From Methanobacteriota archaeon (GTDB lineage Archaea > Thermoplasmatota > Poseidoniia > Poseidoniales > Thalassarchaeaceae), in contig JAAZXI010000002.1 in NCBI GenBank assembly GCA_014240285.1, positions 3,184 to 67,183 on the forward strand: a stretch of DNA of 64,000 bases, in the 5' to 3' direction. This document shows, piece by piece, positions 35,523 through 44,773 of the stretch. The stretch's first letter is position 1; each line of letters opens with the position of its first letter. The notes under the pieces are model-generated. The model was not told the origin of the DNA. It saw only the letters and a program-made list of their open reading frames with translations, and did no database searches. A program made the position numbers and the translations under genes.

Positions 35523-36668
35523 GTGGTAGACTTCGGCCTGTCAGAGGAGCAGACTATGCTCCAAGAGATGGCGCATGAATTCGCTGCAGCAGAGGTGCAG
35601 CCGAACGCAGCGAAGTGGGATCGTGACAGCAACTTCCCGCGCGAAGCCATCCGAAAGGCACACGAACTCGGGCTACTCACGGTCAAGATACCCGAGGAGT
35701 ACGGCGGCTACGGGATGGGTTCGTTCGAGGAAGTTCTCATCTGCGAGGAGATTGGCTGGGGTGACCCAGGTTTCGCCACCGCATCGGGCAGCACGATGTT
35801 GGCCTCGTACCCCTTGATTACGGGAGGTACCGAGGACCAAAAGCAGCGCTATCTGTCAAAAGTAGCGGACGGCTGTATCGCATCATATTGCGTCACCGAA
35901 CCAAACGCAGGAAGCGATGTCCAGTCAATCTCCACCCAAGCGGTTCGTGATGGTGATGACTACGTCATCAACGGCAGTAAGATGTGGATTACAGGTGCCG
36001 GGCAAGCTGACTGGTTCTTTGTGCTGGCATATACCGACAAGAAAGCAGGATACAAGGGGATGAGTGGCTTCATCATCGACGCTGACAGCTCTGGAATAGT
36101 ACTTGGAAAGAAGGAGGAGAATATGGGGCAGCGCTGCTCGGACACTAGGTCGGTTGACTTCAACGATGTCCGGGTGCCTGCGGAGAACCTCATCGGAGGG
36201 GAGGAGAACGGAGGATGGATGAATGCAATGAAGGCGTTTGATCTGTCTAGACCTACGATATCCGCGCATGCCGTTGGTAATGCCCGCGGAGCCATGGAGG
36301 AGGCGTTACAGTACGCCAACGAACGGAGCACCTTCGGCAAGCCAATCTACCGTCACCAAGCGATTTCGTTCATGATTGCAGACATGGCTACTAAAGTCGA
36401 GGCTGCGAGGTTACTTACCTGGAGGGCGGCGAAGAAAGCAGACTCAGGAGAGCGTAACACCCTCGAGGCTGCTCACGCCAAGCGCTTCTCTGCCGACATG
36501 GCGATGGAGGTCACCACCGAGGCTGTACAGGTCTTCGGCGGGTACGGTTACTCGGAGGAGTATCCAGTGGCTAGAAGGATGCGCGGAGCGAAGGTAGTCC
36601 AGATCTTCGAGGGTTCCAGTCAGATTCAACGCCTCATCATCAGCCGAGAGATGCTGAGAGATTCTTGA
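35523..36668 (+). CDS. acyl-CoA dehydrogenase
   Basis: 381 aa. It has YCVTEPNAGSD, KMWITGAG, and the C-terminal QIFEGSSQIQRLIISRE. Confidence 0.9.
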   Translation: MVDFGLSEEQTMLQEMAHEFAAAEVQPNAAKWDRDSNFPREAIRKAHELGLLTVKIPEEYGGYGMGSFEEVLICEEIGWGDPGFATASGSTMLASYPLITGGTEDQKQRYLSKVADGCIASYCVTEPNAGSDVQSISTQAVRDGDDYVINGSKMWITGAGQADWFFVLAYTDKKAGYKGMSGFIIDADSSGIVLGKKEENMGQRCSDTRSVDFNDVRVPAENLIGGEENGGWMNAMKAFDLSRPTISAHAVGNARGAMEEALQYANERSTFGKPIYRHQAISFMIADMATKVEAARLLTWRAAKKADSGERNTLEAAHAKRFSADMAMEVTTEAVQVFGGYGYSEEYPVARRMRGAKVVQIFEGSSQIQRLIISREMLRDS

Positions 36669-36678
36669 AGGTGGTCGC

Positions 36679-37245
36679 ATGGCCGGTGACATCGGCTGCG
36701 TAGTCCTAGCAGCCGGATCGAGTGAGCGACTTGGTAGGCCTAAGGCTCTGATTAGAGTCGGAGAGGGGAATCTAATCGGATGGCTGGTAAGCAGATTACA
36801 GGCTAAGGGCCTCGAGCCGCTGGTGGTCACGAACGGAGGCATAATCGAAGAAGTGACGGATTCAGTAGATTGTAGAGTAATCGTCAACCCTGAGCCTGGG
36901 GCGGGCAGGACAGGGACTTTGCAGGTTGGAATCAGTCACTTGGAATCGAACATCAGACAGAGAATCCTGGTCGTGCCCGTAGATCGACCAGGATTCTCAG
37001 ATTCGACCCTAGAATCACTGATTTCCTCTGTGGTCACGAGTTGCCCCGTTGAGGGAGGCAGAGGAGGACATCCCATACTGCTCTCAGTTGAGGATGCTGT
37101 CAGAATCACCGAATCTCCGCCGTCAACACCCCTGAGAGACCTGATAGACCCCAATCGCATTGAGGTTACTGATTCATACCTACACCTGAACGTAGACCGG
37201 CCAGAGAATCTGGGTGCTCTCGCAGATGCTTTCGTAGACCTGTGA
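36679..37245 (+). CDS. MobA/MocA-like molybdenum cofactor nucleotidyltransferase
   Basis: 188 aa. The N-terminal CVVLAAGSSERLGRPKALI is typical of MocA/MobA NTP-transferases. The context with XdhC and an XDH-family enzyme supports the call. Confidence 0.7.
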   Translation: MAGDIGCVVLAAGSSERLGRPKALIRVGEGNLIGWLVSRLQAKGLEPLVVTNGGIIEEVTDSVDCRVIVNPEPGAGRTGTLQVGISHLESNIRQRILVVPVDRPGFSDSTLESLISSVVTSCPVEGGRGGHPILLSVEDAVRITESPPSTPLRDLIDPNRIEVTDSYLHLNVDRPENLGALADAFVDL

Positions 37246-37281
37246 AACAACTTATCAACGCGCCTGATTACGGGCGGTTAG

Positions 37282-38091
37282 ATGGTCAGTTTCGAGTTCC
37301 TCGAGGGCTTCGGTCCGGTGCAACAGGCCCTGTTAGCTGGACTCTTTACCTGGTTCATGACTGCGGCTGGTGCTGGAGTGGTTTTCTTCTTCTCTGAGAT
37401 AAACCGCAAGGTGCTTGATGGGATGCTCGGCTTTGCTGCAGGTGTCATGATTGCGGCCAGTTGCTTCGGACTACTAGGCCCTGCCATAGAACAAACGTCC
37501 GGAGAGGGACTTGAGAAGGTCCTTCCTGCAGCCTTCGGTTTCGTCCTAGGGGGAATCGGGATGCGAGTAATCGATGCTTATCTTCCACACCTCCATCCGG
37601 GGGCCCCTCCCGAGGAGGTAGAGGGGGTCAAGACCACTTGGCACAGAAGCAAGTTACTGATTTCAGCCATCACCCTGCATAACATCCCAGAGGGTTTGGC
37701 AGTAGGAGTTGCATTTGGAGCCGCAGCCTCTGGCGATGGCATAGGGGCTGCAATCGCGCTTACTATTGGGATAGGGATCCAGAACTTCCCTGAGGGTGCC
37801 GCAGTTTCTGTTCCACTCAGGCGCGAAGGATTATCCAGAAAGGAGAGTTTCTGGTGGGGCCAGTTGTCTGCTCTAGTCGAACCTATCTCAGCAGTGATTG
37901 GGGCTGCAGCGATAATCTACATGACGCCAATTCTACCATATGCCCTAGCCTTCGCCGCTGGCGCGATGATTTTCGTAGTTGCTGAAGAGTTGGTCCCTGA
38001 AGCACACAGAGGAAAGAATGGAGACATTGCAACCATGGGACTTATGCTTGGATTTACCATAATGATGGTGCTTGATGTAGCCCTTGGGTGA
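37282..38091 (+). CDS. zupT: ZIP-family divalent metal transporter (ZupT-like)
   Basis: 269 aa with 8 TM segments. It has HNIPEGLAVGVAF and QNFPEGAAVS. Confidence 0.85.
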   Translation: MVSFEFLEGFGPVQQALLAGLFTWFMTAAGAGVVFFFSEINRKVLDGMLGFAAGVMIAASCFGLLGPAIEQTSGEGLEKVLPAAFGFVLGGIGMRVIDAYLPHLHPGAPPEEVEGVKTTWHRSKLLISAITLHNIPEGLAVGVAFGAAASGDGIGAAIALTIGIGIQNFPEGAAVSVPLRREGLSRKESFWWGQLSALVEPISAVIGAAAIIYMTPILPYALAFAAGAMIFVVAEELVPEAHRGKNGDIATMGLMLGFTIMMVLDVALG

Positions 38092-38971
38092 GCGTAACTC
38101 CAAAGGCTCGGTAGCCGCTCCCGGAATCGTGACAAAGGCCGTCCTGACTTGGGTTCTCGAGAGGCTGGAGCGTGGCGAGAGCGTAGCAATGGCATCTGTA
38201 ATCGAAGCCAGCGGCAGCGTACCAGGAAAGCCGGGAGCTAGGCTGGCGCTGACGCCGAGTGGGGCCAGATTCGGCACAATCGGCGGTGCTGGCCTAGAGC
38301 TGAAGGTCGAGAACGCACTGAAGGGGATGCTTAACGGAGGTCGTCAGGAGGTTCGCGAGAGGGGCGGCAAGGTAGAGACATTTGTCCTCTACAAGGATGC
38401 GAAGGGAGAAGAGGCGACGCCGCTTGACAGCCTATGCGGGGGCCGCGTCACAGTCGCGATGGAAGTAATGGATCCAATGCCACACATACTCATCGCAGGC
38501 GGCGGTCACGTGGGTCGCGCGGTTGCCATCGTCTGCGACACCCTAGGTTGGTCACACAGTGTCTTCGATGTGCGCGCCGAGTTTGCTGAAGCGGACCGCT
38601 ACCCATTTGCAAGCGAGTTACACAGCGGTTCGGTGGCTGAGTTCCTCGGGAGCGAGGACTCAGACTCCATGGTCAGATTCTCGGATATCCTCCTACTCGG
38701 GCACGATTGGGCGGTTGACCAAGAGATGCTACTCAGCTTACTGGATAGACTCGAGACCGGCTCGCGACCTAGGATTGGCGCCATAGGATCAACTGTGAAG
38801 TGGAATTCCTTCAGAGATTCTGCCATAGCTGCAGGAGTCCCAAAGGAGTTGGTGGACTCAGTAAGATGTCCGATTGGGCTTGATATCGGAGCCGACTCGC
38901 CTGAGGAAATCGCTGTTGCCGTCTGTGCCGAGATTATGGCCCTCGAGAAGAAATCGGCGTCACTCGACTAA
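38084..38971 (+). CDS. XdhC/CoxI-family molybdoenzyme maturation factor
   Basis: 295 aa. The N-terminal XdhC_CoxI pattern is VAMASVIEASGSVPGKPGARL...GTIGGAGLE. The Rossmann segment is LIAGGGHVGRAVA. The C-terminus has CPIGLDIGADSPEEIAVAVCAEI. Confidence 0.8.
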   Translation: MGERNSKGSVAAPGIVTKAVLTWVLERLERGESVAMASVIEASGSVPGKPGARLALTPSGARFGTIGGAGLELKVENALKGMLNGGRQEVRERGGKVETFVLYKDAKGEEATPLDSLCGGRVTVAMEVMDPMPHILIAGGGHVGRAVAIVCDTLGWSHSVFDVRAEFAEADRYPFASELHSGSVAEFLGSEDSDSMVRFSDILLLGHDWAVDQEMLLSLLDRLETGSRPRIGAIGSTVKWNSFRDSAIAAGVPKELVDSVRCPIGLDIGADSPEEIAVAVCAEIMALEKKSASLD

Positions 38972-39364
38972 TTCTGTCTCGTCGTCATCACTGGCAGAAA
39001 TCCTTGGCTCTATTTCGACAATATTGGAATCGTAACTTTCCGTAACATGTACGACTTCAGGCTGTCTCTCTAGACTTGGGATGAAAGTTGCAATAGAAAT
39101 CCAAATTAATATTATGACCAATACTAAGGTAAATGAGTCCTGCACTGTTTTTGACAATTCCTCATTCTCTAATGTGACTGCAAACCAACTCCATAGAAGT
39201 GCGACTGCGAATGTAATCGCCAGATAAATCGAACCAACTATCGCAAGTCCTACGCGTACAGGCATCTTACGGAAGGCACCGAAAACGAAATTGATAATTT
39301 GAGAAATATTCCTCGTCGCGAACCTGAATATTTTCGAGGCGGTTTTTCTGAGGATGAAACCCAC
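38960..39364 (-). CDS. hypothetical membrane protein (low-GC gene)
   Basis: 134 aa with 2-3 TM segments and an acidic C-terminus. It is visibly AT-richer than its neighbours. Confidence 0.4.
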   Translation of the reverse strand: MGFILRKTASKIFRFATRNISQIINFVFGAFRKMPVRVGLAIVGSIYLAITFAVALLWSWFAVTLENEELSKTVQDSFTLVLVIILIWISIATFIPSLERQPEVVHVTESYDSNIVEIEPRISASDDDETELVE

Positions 39365-39469
39365 TTAGTCACCTTCTAACAATGTCATTGCAAATGCATA
39401 CATGAATGTGCCTGCAATAATGCTGCAAACACGCCGAAGGCTGAAATCTTCCAAGCGTCGCGGTAGGGT

Positions 39470-40690
39470 GTGCACAAACTCGCATTGATGCTCTCACTCC
39501 TTGTTTTGGCCGCCCCATTGAGCGGTTGCCTGTTATGGGGGGATGAAGAAGAACTAGGGGCAATACCCGAGGAAGAGTCGGGTTTCGGAGCCTTCAGTGT
39601 GGTTGCCCCTATTGACACCGGAATCAACGTCTACCACAACCACTTCCTGATGAATGAGTCCTATCCTCAATGGCTACTTGACGGACTCGGCGTGAACAAA
39701 ATCTGCGATGTCACACTCACAGGTACCTGGCAGGAGCGCTATGAGGCTGACAAGGAGGTCTGCTGGGACAACATCACCTCAGAGGACGTGGTCTGGTTCA
39801 GAGGTACTCGGATAATCGGCACGACGCCGGATGACAACACAGACATACCGATTCTAGATGATCCTCAGGACGGTCACGGAACTGCCGTTACCGGAGCTGT
39901 CCTAAACGCCAATCCTGATGCTGTCATATTCTTCGTGGAGGGCTTCAGCGACGCCGCCGTTCTAGCCGCTGCCAACCAGCCACTGGTCGATGTCATCACC
40001 ACCAGTTTCGGGCCCATCCTCTCCGTCCCCGTACCTGGGATAGAAGACGCCACCAAGATCGCAGTGGTCCAGAACAAGAAGCTGCACACCGGTGCAGCGG
40101 ACAACTCTCCCTCGCCCGCGGTACAGGACTCCACCGCTGGCCCTCCCTGGAGCATCGGCATATCGGGATATGCCGAAGAGGGTGACGATCAGAAGGAGAC
40201 GATGAGCGGCTCTTATCCAGATGTGGCAGCTGACTGGACGCAAGTCCTGCCTAACCACGACGATATCGATGGTTATCACGAAACCTCGGGAACCTCATTC
40301 GCCACACCTAGGACTGCCGGATTGCTCTCAAAGATTCTGATGAGCCTACGTTCGGAGTTCGGTGACATGTCATCTGGAGCAGATCCCGACACGCGCGGCG
40401 GACTGATAGTGAATGGCACCAATTTCACTGTCACAAACGATGACCTACGTGACGCGTTGAACCTCTCGGGATGGTATCCTTCGTTCAACACGTGGGACCC
40501 GTTATCGGGCACCACGCCGATATCCCCGATTGCCCCCTGTACCCAAGTCGGATGGGGAGTGGTCAATGAGAGCAACGTCCTGCCAATTATCGAGCATCTG
40601 AATGGAACTTCGACCATGTCGAACCGTCCAAGCGACGTGGTGATGTGCATGGAAGTGAATCAGGAGATTCGCGAGGCCTACTGGAATTAG
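39470..40690 (+). CDS. S8 subtilisin-family serine peptidase, lipoprotein
   Basis: 406 aa. Signal plus lipobox MHKLALMLSLLVLAAPLSGC. The triad contexts are APIDTGI, DGHGTAVTGAV and SGTSFATPRTAG. Confidence 0.75.
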   Translation: MHKLALMLSLLVLAAPLSGCLLWGDEEELGAIPEEESGFGAFSVVAPIDTGINVYHNHFLMNESYPQWLLDGLGVNKICDVTLTGTWQERYEADKEVCWDNITSEDVVWFRGTRIIGTTPDDNTDIPILDDPQDGHGTAVTGAVLNANPDAVIFFVEGFSDAAVLAAANQPLVDVITTSFGPILSVPVPGIEDATKIAVVQNKKLHTGAADNSPSPAVQDSTAGPPWSIGISGYAEEGDDQKETMSGSYPDVAADWTQVLPNHDDIDGYHETSGTSFATPRTAGLLSKILMSLRSEFGDMSSGADPDTRGGLIVNGTNFTVTNDDLRDALNLSGWYPSFNTWDPLSGTTPISPIAPCTQVGWGVVNESNVLPIIEHLNGTSTMSNRPSDVVMCMEVNQEIREAYWN

Positions 40691-40732
40691 GCAATCCGTT
40701 GAATTCAATACACAGCGCGCCTTCGATGCGTT

Positions 40733-41380
40733 GTGAGGAAAGTCATCCTGAGGTGGAAGATTCCCTCACTGAGGGGGGCCAAGGAGCTCTCCAGATTCCT
40801 AGAGGTGGCCGAGAGGGTCGAGGTCCTCGGGCACTTGGCCGTCAGCACCGAGGGAGTCACCCAGTTAGTCGAGATTAAGATGCGAGAGGGGCACTCAGTA
40901 GAAGAGATCTCGGACTTCGACAGTTTTGAGGTCCTTGAGCAGCACGAGGAGGATTCTGACGGGGTCCTCGTCAGCCTATTGTGCACGCATCCTCTGGCGG
41001 TATCCGCAATCGAGATGTCTAACATCCACGTGCAACCTCCCTACGGGATAGATGCCGAACGTGGGATGGAACTCAGGCTATCCGGCCGTTCCAAGTCTAT
41101 TCGCAGGTTCCTAGCTCTTCTGAGGGTGATTCTGCCTCCCGACAAAGTCAGCGTCCAATCCCTGAGGGGAGAGGAGAGGAATGGTTGGTCAAAAACGCTG
41201 ACTAAGAGGCAGCGCGAGGTTCTGTCTCACGCTGTACGAAGAGGTTACTACGGGCAGGATTCAGACGTCACTCTGAGAGAGTTGGCTGATGAATTGGGGA
41301 TGGCCCGGAGCACCCTCGGAGAGCACCTCCAGAGGGCTGAACAAGAAATCATGAGAATGGTCGTAGATGACATGAATTGA
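40733..41380 (+). CDS. HTH_10 (bacterio-opsin-activator-type) transcriptional regulator
   Basis: 215 aa. The C-terminal LTKRQREVLSHAVRRGYYGQDSDVTLRELADELGMARSTLGEHLQRAEQEIM is the archaeal HTH_10 pattern. Confidence 0.7.
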   Translation: MRKVILRWKIPSLRGAKELSRFLEVAERVEVLGHLAVSTEGVTQLVEIKMREGHSVEEISDFDSFEVLEQHEEDSDGVLVSLLCTHPLAVSAIEMSNIHVQPPYGIDAERGMELRLSGRSKSIRRFLALLRVILPPDKVSVQSLRGEERNGWSKTLTKRQREVLSHAVRRGYYGQDSDVTLRELADELGMARSTLGEHLQRAEQEIMRMVVDDMN

Positions 41381-42006
41381 CCCCGCAGGGGTCAAACCGA
41401 ATGCTCAAAGGTCGTAGCGGCTGGTGTGCTCACTGCATGGTTCAGTTCCGACTGCCAATGTTGCCCGCGCCGGACGAGGTGCCTTGGTCTGCGGAGGTTA
41501 ACGGAAATGATGTCTCGGTGCATATCGATAGCAATGCAATTCTGCTCGATGTACTGCGTGACCAAGCGGGTAGTCTCGGGACCAAGCGAGGTTGTGACAT
41601 GGGCACCTGCGGTTGCTGCAGCGTTCTGATTGACGGAGTCCCAAGACTGTCCTGTCTGACTCTGGCCCAGGAGGCATCAGGATGTGGGATTACCACGGTC
41701 GAGGGGTTAGCGGACGGTCACCACCTCCATCCAATCCAAAAGACCTTTACAGAATGCGGAGGGAGCCAGTGTGGCTTCTGTACACCCGGTTTCCTAGTGG
41801 TAATCTCAGCCCTACTGGAAGAGAATCCGTCTCCCAACGATGCTGAAATCAAGCACGCCATCGAGGGCAATCTGTGCAGGTGCACCGGATACCAGCAGAT
41901 CGTTGATTCTGTCCGGGCTGCTTCCGAGATTCTCGTCTCTGGAGAGGGGGTCAAGGATTCCACTGCAGCCAAGAGTGATCCTCATCCCGGCTACGGAGAG
42001 GATTGA
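41377..42006 (+). CDS. [2Fe-2S]-binding small subunit of a xanthine dehydrogenase/CoxS-family molybdoenzyme
   Basis: It has CDMGTCGCCSV, CGFCTPG and CRCTGY. The TTG start overlaps the regulator stop. ATG 41401 is an alternative start. Confidence 0.9.
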   Translation: MTPQGSNRMLKGRSGWCAHCMVQFRLPMLPAPDEVPWSAEVNGNDVSVHIDSNAILLDVLRDQAGSLGTKRGCDMGTCGCCSVLIDGVPRLSCLTLAQEASGCGITTVEGLADGHHLHPIQKTFTECGGSQCGFCTPGFLVVISALLEENPSPNDAEIKHAIEGNLCRCTGYQQIVDSVRAASEILVSGEGVKDSTAAKSDPHPGYGED

Positions 42007-42016
42007 GGGTGATTCA

Positions 42017-44773
42017 ATGAGTGAGGACAAGGGCAGAGTGGAGGGGTACCGCCAGCAGAGCGGCAAGTTGCCTTTCTCCCGCCCGGGTTCTGGCGGCAGC
42101 CGCAGGATTAGTGAGCCGCGCGACGAAGATGCGATATCGAACATCAGAGGAGACGGTGGGCACAAGCACGACGATCTGGTGACCGGTTCAGCTGTCGGCA
42201 AGCCCACTGCACTGGTAGATGGCCGATGGAAGGTAACCGGGCAGGCTCAGTACGGCGACGACGTGCGACTTCCTGGGGAGTTGATTGGCAGGATAGTTCG
42301 TTCAAAGCACCATTATGCGAGGGTGCTGTCTATTGACATCTCGGCGGCTTTGGAGCTGCCCGGGGTGGCCGCAGTGGCCACCGGGCAGGACGCCAGTGGG
42401 AGATTCGGCGTGCTTCCCGTCACCAAGGACGAGCACGCGATGGCTCAAGAGAAAGTGCGGCACGTCGGAGACCCAGTCGCCTGTGTGGCCGCCGTCGATG
42501 AGGCCACGGCTAGAGAAGCGGTTCGCCTCATCGAGGTCGAGTACGAGGAACTCGAGGCAGTTCATGACATGAGGCAGGGACTGGAAGACTCCAGCGAGCC
42601 GATCCATGACCGAGGCAAGTACCACATCGGCTCGTCGAATGTCCAGAAGAGGGTGTTCCAAGAGTTCGGTGACATCGAGGGAATGTCCACCAACGCAGTA
42701 GCCAGCCACAACTCCAACTGGTTGTTCGCTGGTGCCAACCACGGATTCACCGAGCCCCATGCTGTAGTCGCTAATTGGGATCCATCAGGGAGGCTGACCC
42801 TGTACACCCCACAGCAGGTCCCGCACTACGTCCACAGGGCTCTGGCTGATGTCCTTGACATACCGATGCACCAGATTAACGTCCATCGAACCTTTGTCGG
42901 AGGTGGCTTCGGCGGCAAGTCAGACCCATTTCCACACGAGATGTGCGCTGCCATTCTTTCTCGCAAGACAGGAAGGCCGGTCAGGATAAACTTCGACCGT
43001 GAAGAGGTCTTCTGGGTGAATCGCGGGCGCCACCCTTCTCGAATAGAGATGAATCTGCACGCTGACTCCGAGGGCAGGCTTTGCGGCATAGAAACCGACG
43101 CCCTGATCGATGGCGGCGCATTCGCATCCTTCGGACACGTCACCACTTACTACAACGGCGTACTCCATACTGCTCCCTACGAAATCGGTGCCTTCCACTA
43201 CACTGGAGCGCGGGTTTGGACCAACAAGCCGGCTAGCGGCGCGATGCGCGGACACGGTGCAGTCAACTCGCGATGTGCAGTTGAGGTCGGGATGGACGAC
43301 CTCGCTGAGCAGTTGAGTGTCGACCCAATCACCCTTAGGCTGGCCAATCTCCTACCTCCTCACTCCGCGACGATAACCGGGTTCAGGGTCACCAGCATTG
43401 GCATGCGTGAGTGCCTCGAACGCGTCAGGCAGGCTTCGGGCTGGGACGATAAGTTCCGCAAGCTGCCCGACGGCCACGGAATCGGCATCGGTTGCGGATT
43501 CTTCATCTCGGGCAGCGGACTACCGATTCACTGGGAACCAAACAAGTTCCCTCACGCCACTGTCCACCTCAAGGTCGACATGGACGGAGGAGTCACAGTT
43601 CACACCGGAGCTGCCGAGATTGGCCAGGGCTCAGATACCGTAATCGCCCAGTCAGTGGCCGAGGTTCTAGGCCTCCCTCTCGACATGATTAGGATTAGGA
43701 GCAGAGAGACGGACACCTCACCGATTGATCTCGGATCGTACTCTTCACGCGTGACTTTCATGAATGCCAACGCGGCCATCTCCGCGGCTATGGAGATACG
43801 ACAGGAACTGCTGGAAGCAGCAGCAGCGGTGACCGAGGCGCCCATTGAGAGACTGGTAATCGGTGATCGTCGTATCTACAGACGGGACGACCCTGCAGTA
43901 GGAGTGTCCTATCTAGAAGCACTTCACAAGGCGCAGGAAGATAAGGGCGCTCTAGTTTCATCTGGTGCCTATCGGACGCCTCCGATGGGGAGAGTCCACA
44001 AGGGAGCAGGTGCGGGAATCGCCCCGGCCTACTCGTTCTCTGCCTACGTAGCCGAGGTCAAGGTCGACATCGAGACTGGGCAGACCAAGGTGCTCAAGGT
44101 GTGGGCAGCGCACGACTGCGGCAAGGCACTCAATCCACTGTCTGTAAAGGGTCAGATAATCGGTTCCTGCCACATGGGCCTAGGTCAGGTCCTTAGTGAG
44201 GAGATGAAGTACGGCAGGAACGGCCATCTGATCAATCCCGACCTCCTCGATTACAAGATTCCAACCGTCCACGAGATGCCCGAGGTAGTGCCCATCATCG
44301 TCGAGTCGAACGACTCCGAAGGTCCGTTCGGTGCGAAGGAGGCGGGCGAGGGACCCCTTCTGCCTATCTTGCCTGCTGTTTGTAACGCCGTGTACGACGC
44401 GGTCGGTATCCGTACCAGCGAGCTGCCAATAACTCCGGATAGAGTATACAGGATGGTCGAGGCTCGCTGCAAGCAGGAGGGAGTGGATTCGCTTGACCTC
44501 AGTTCACCTGAGTTGATTCACTCGGAACTACAGGAGACTCTTGAGACTCGTGCCTCCGAGCATGCCGCACGCGATGCCGTTCGGGCATCGGACCCCGACC
44601 CTCCTGACTACAACAACGGGGCACTCTTCGGATTCGATCCCGAGATACCAGCTGATGAGCAGGACGAGCGCTGGATCGTTAGCGTCACCCCTGACAGCGA
44701 ATACATAGACAGCCCGCGCCTCGCGGGTAGTGCTTGGAAGCACACTGAGAGGCGACATAGAGGTGGCTCCTGA
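42017..44773 (+). CDS. molybdopterin-binding large subunit, xanthine dehydrogenase/aldehyde oxidase/CoxL family
   Basis: 918 aa from ATG 42017 (MSEDKG). The track ORF starts at 41840, but that part overlaps the small subunit. It has GKPTALVDGRWKVTGQAQYGDD, GGGFGGKSD, GAMRGHGAV and AAEIGQGSDT. It does not show the CODH form-I loop VAYRCSFR. Confidence 0.9.
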   Translation: MSEDKGRVEGYRQQSGKLPFSRPGSGGSRRISEPRDEDAISNIRGDGGHKHDDLVTGSAVGKPTALVDGRWKVTGQAQYGDDVRLPGELIGRIVRSKHHYARVLSIDISAALELPGVAAVATGQDASGRFGVLPVTKDEHAMAQEKVRHVGDPVACVAAVDEATAREAVRLIEVEYEELEAVHDMRQGLEDSSEPIHDRGKYHIGSSNVQKRVFQEFGDIEGMSTNAVASHNSNWLFAGANHGFTEPHAVVANWDPSGRLTLYTPQQVPHYVHRALADVLDIPMHQINVHRTFVGGGFGGKSDPFPHEMCAAILSRKTGRPVRINFDREEVFWVNRGRHPSRIEMNLHADSEGRLCGIETDALIDGGAFASFGHVTTYYNGVLHTAPYEIGAFHYTGARVWTNKPASGAMRGHGAVNSRCAVEVGMDDLAEQLSVDPITLRLANLLPPHSATITGFRVTSIGMRECLERVRQASGWDDKFRKLPDGHGIGIGCGFFISGSGLPIHWEPNKFPHATVHLKVDMDGGVTVHTGAAEIGQGSDTVIAQSVAEVLGLPLDMIRIRSRETDTSPIDLGSYSSRVTFMNANAAISAAMEIRQELLEAAAAVTEAPIERLVIGDRRIYRRDDPAVGVSYLEALHKAQEDKGALVSSGAYRTPPMGRVHKGAGAGIAPAYSFSAYVAEVKVDIETGQTKVLKVWAAHDCGKALNPLSVKGQIIGSCHMGLGQVLSEEMKYGRNGHLINPDLLDYKIPTVHEMPEVVPIIVESNDSEGPFGAKEAGEGPLLPILPAVCNAVYDAVGIRTSELPITPDRVYRMVEARCKQEGVDSLDLSSPELIHSELQETLETRASEHAARDAVRASDPDPPDYNNGALFGFDPEIPADEQDERWIVSVTPDSEYIDSPRLAGSAWKHTERRHRGGS

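Noticed and set aside
41840-42016. Upstream extension of the large molybdoenzyme subunit ORF (track start 41840)
   Set aside because: These 59 codons overlap the 3' third of the 2Fe-2S subunit gene in another frame and translate to non-homologous sequence. ATG 42017 (MSEDKG), 10 nt after the small-subunit stop, is the sensible start.
44750-44773. Large-subunit C-terminus ...RRHRGGS as a possible ubiquitin-like/SAMP diglycine tail, given the nearby E1-like enzyme
   Set aside because: The GG is not C-terminal (a Ser follows), the protein is 918 aa with no beta-grasp domain, and the E1-like gene is 13 kb away.
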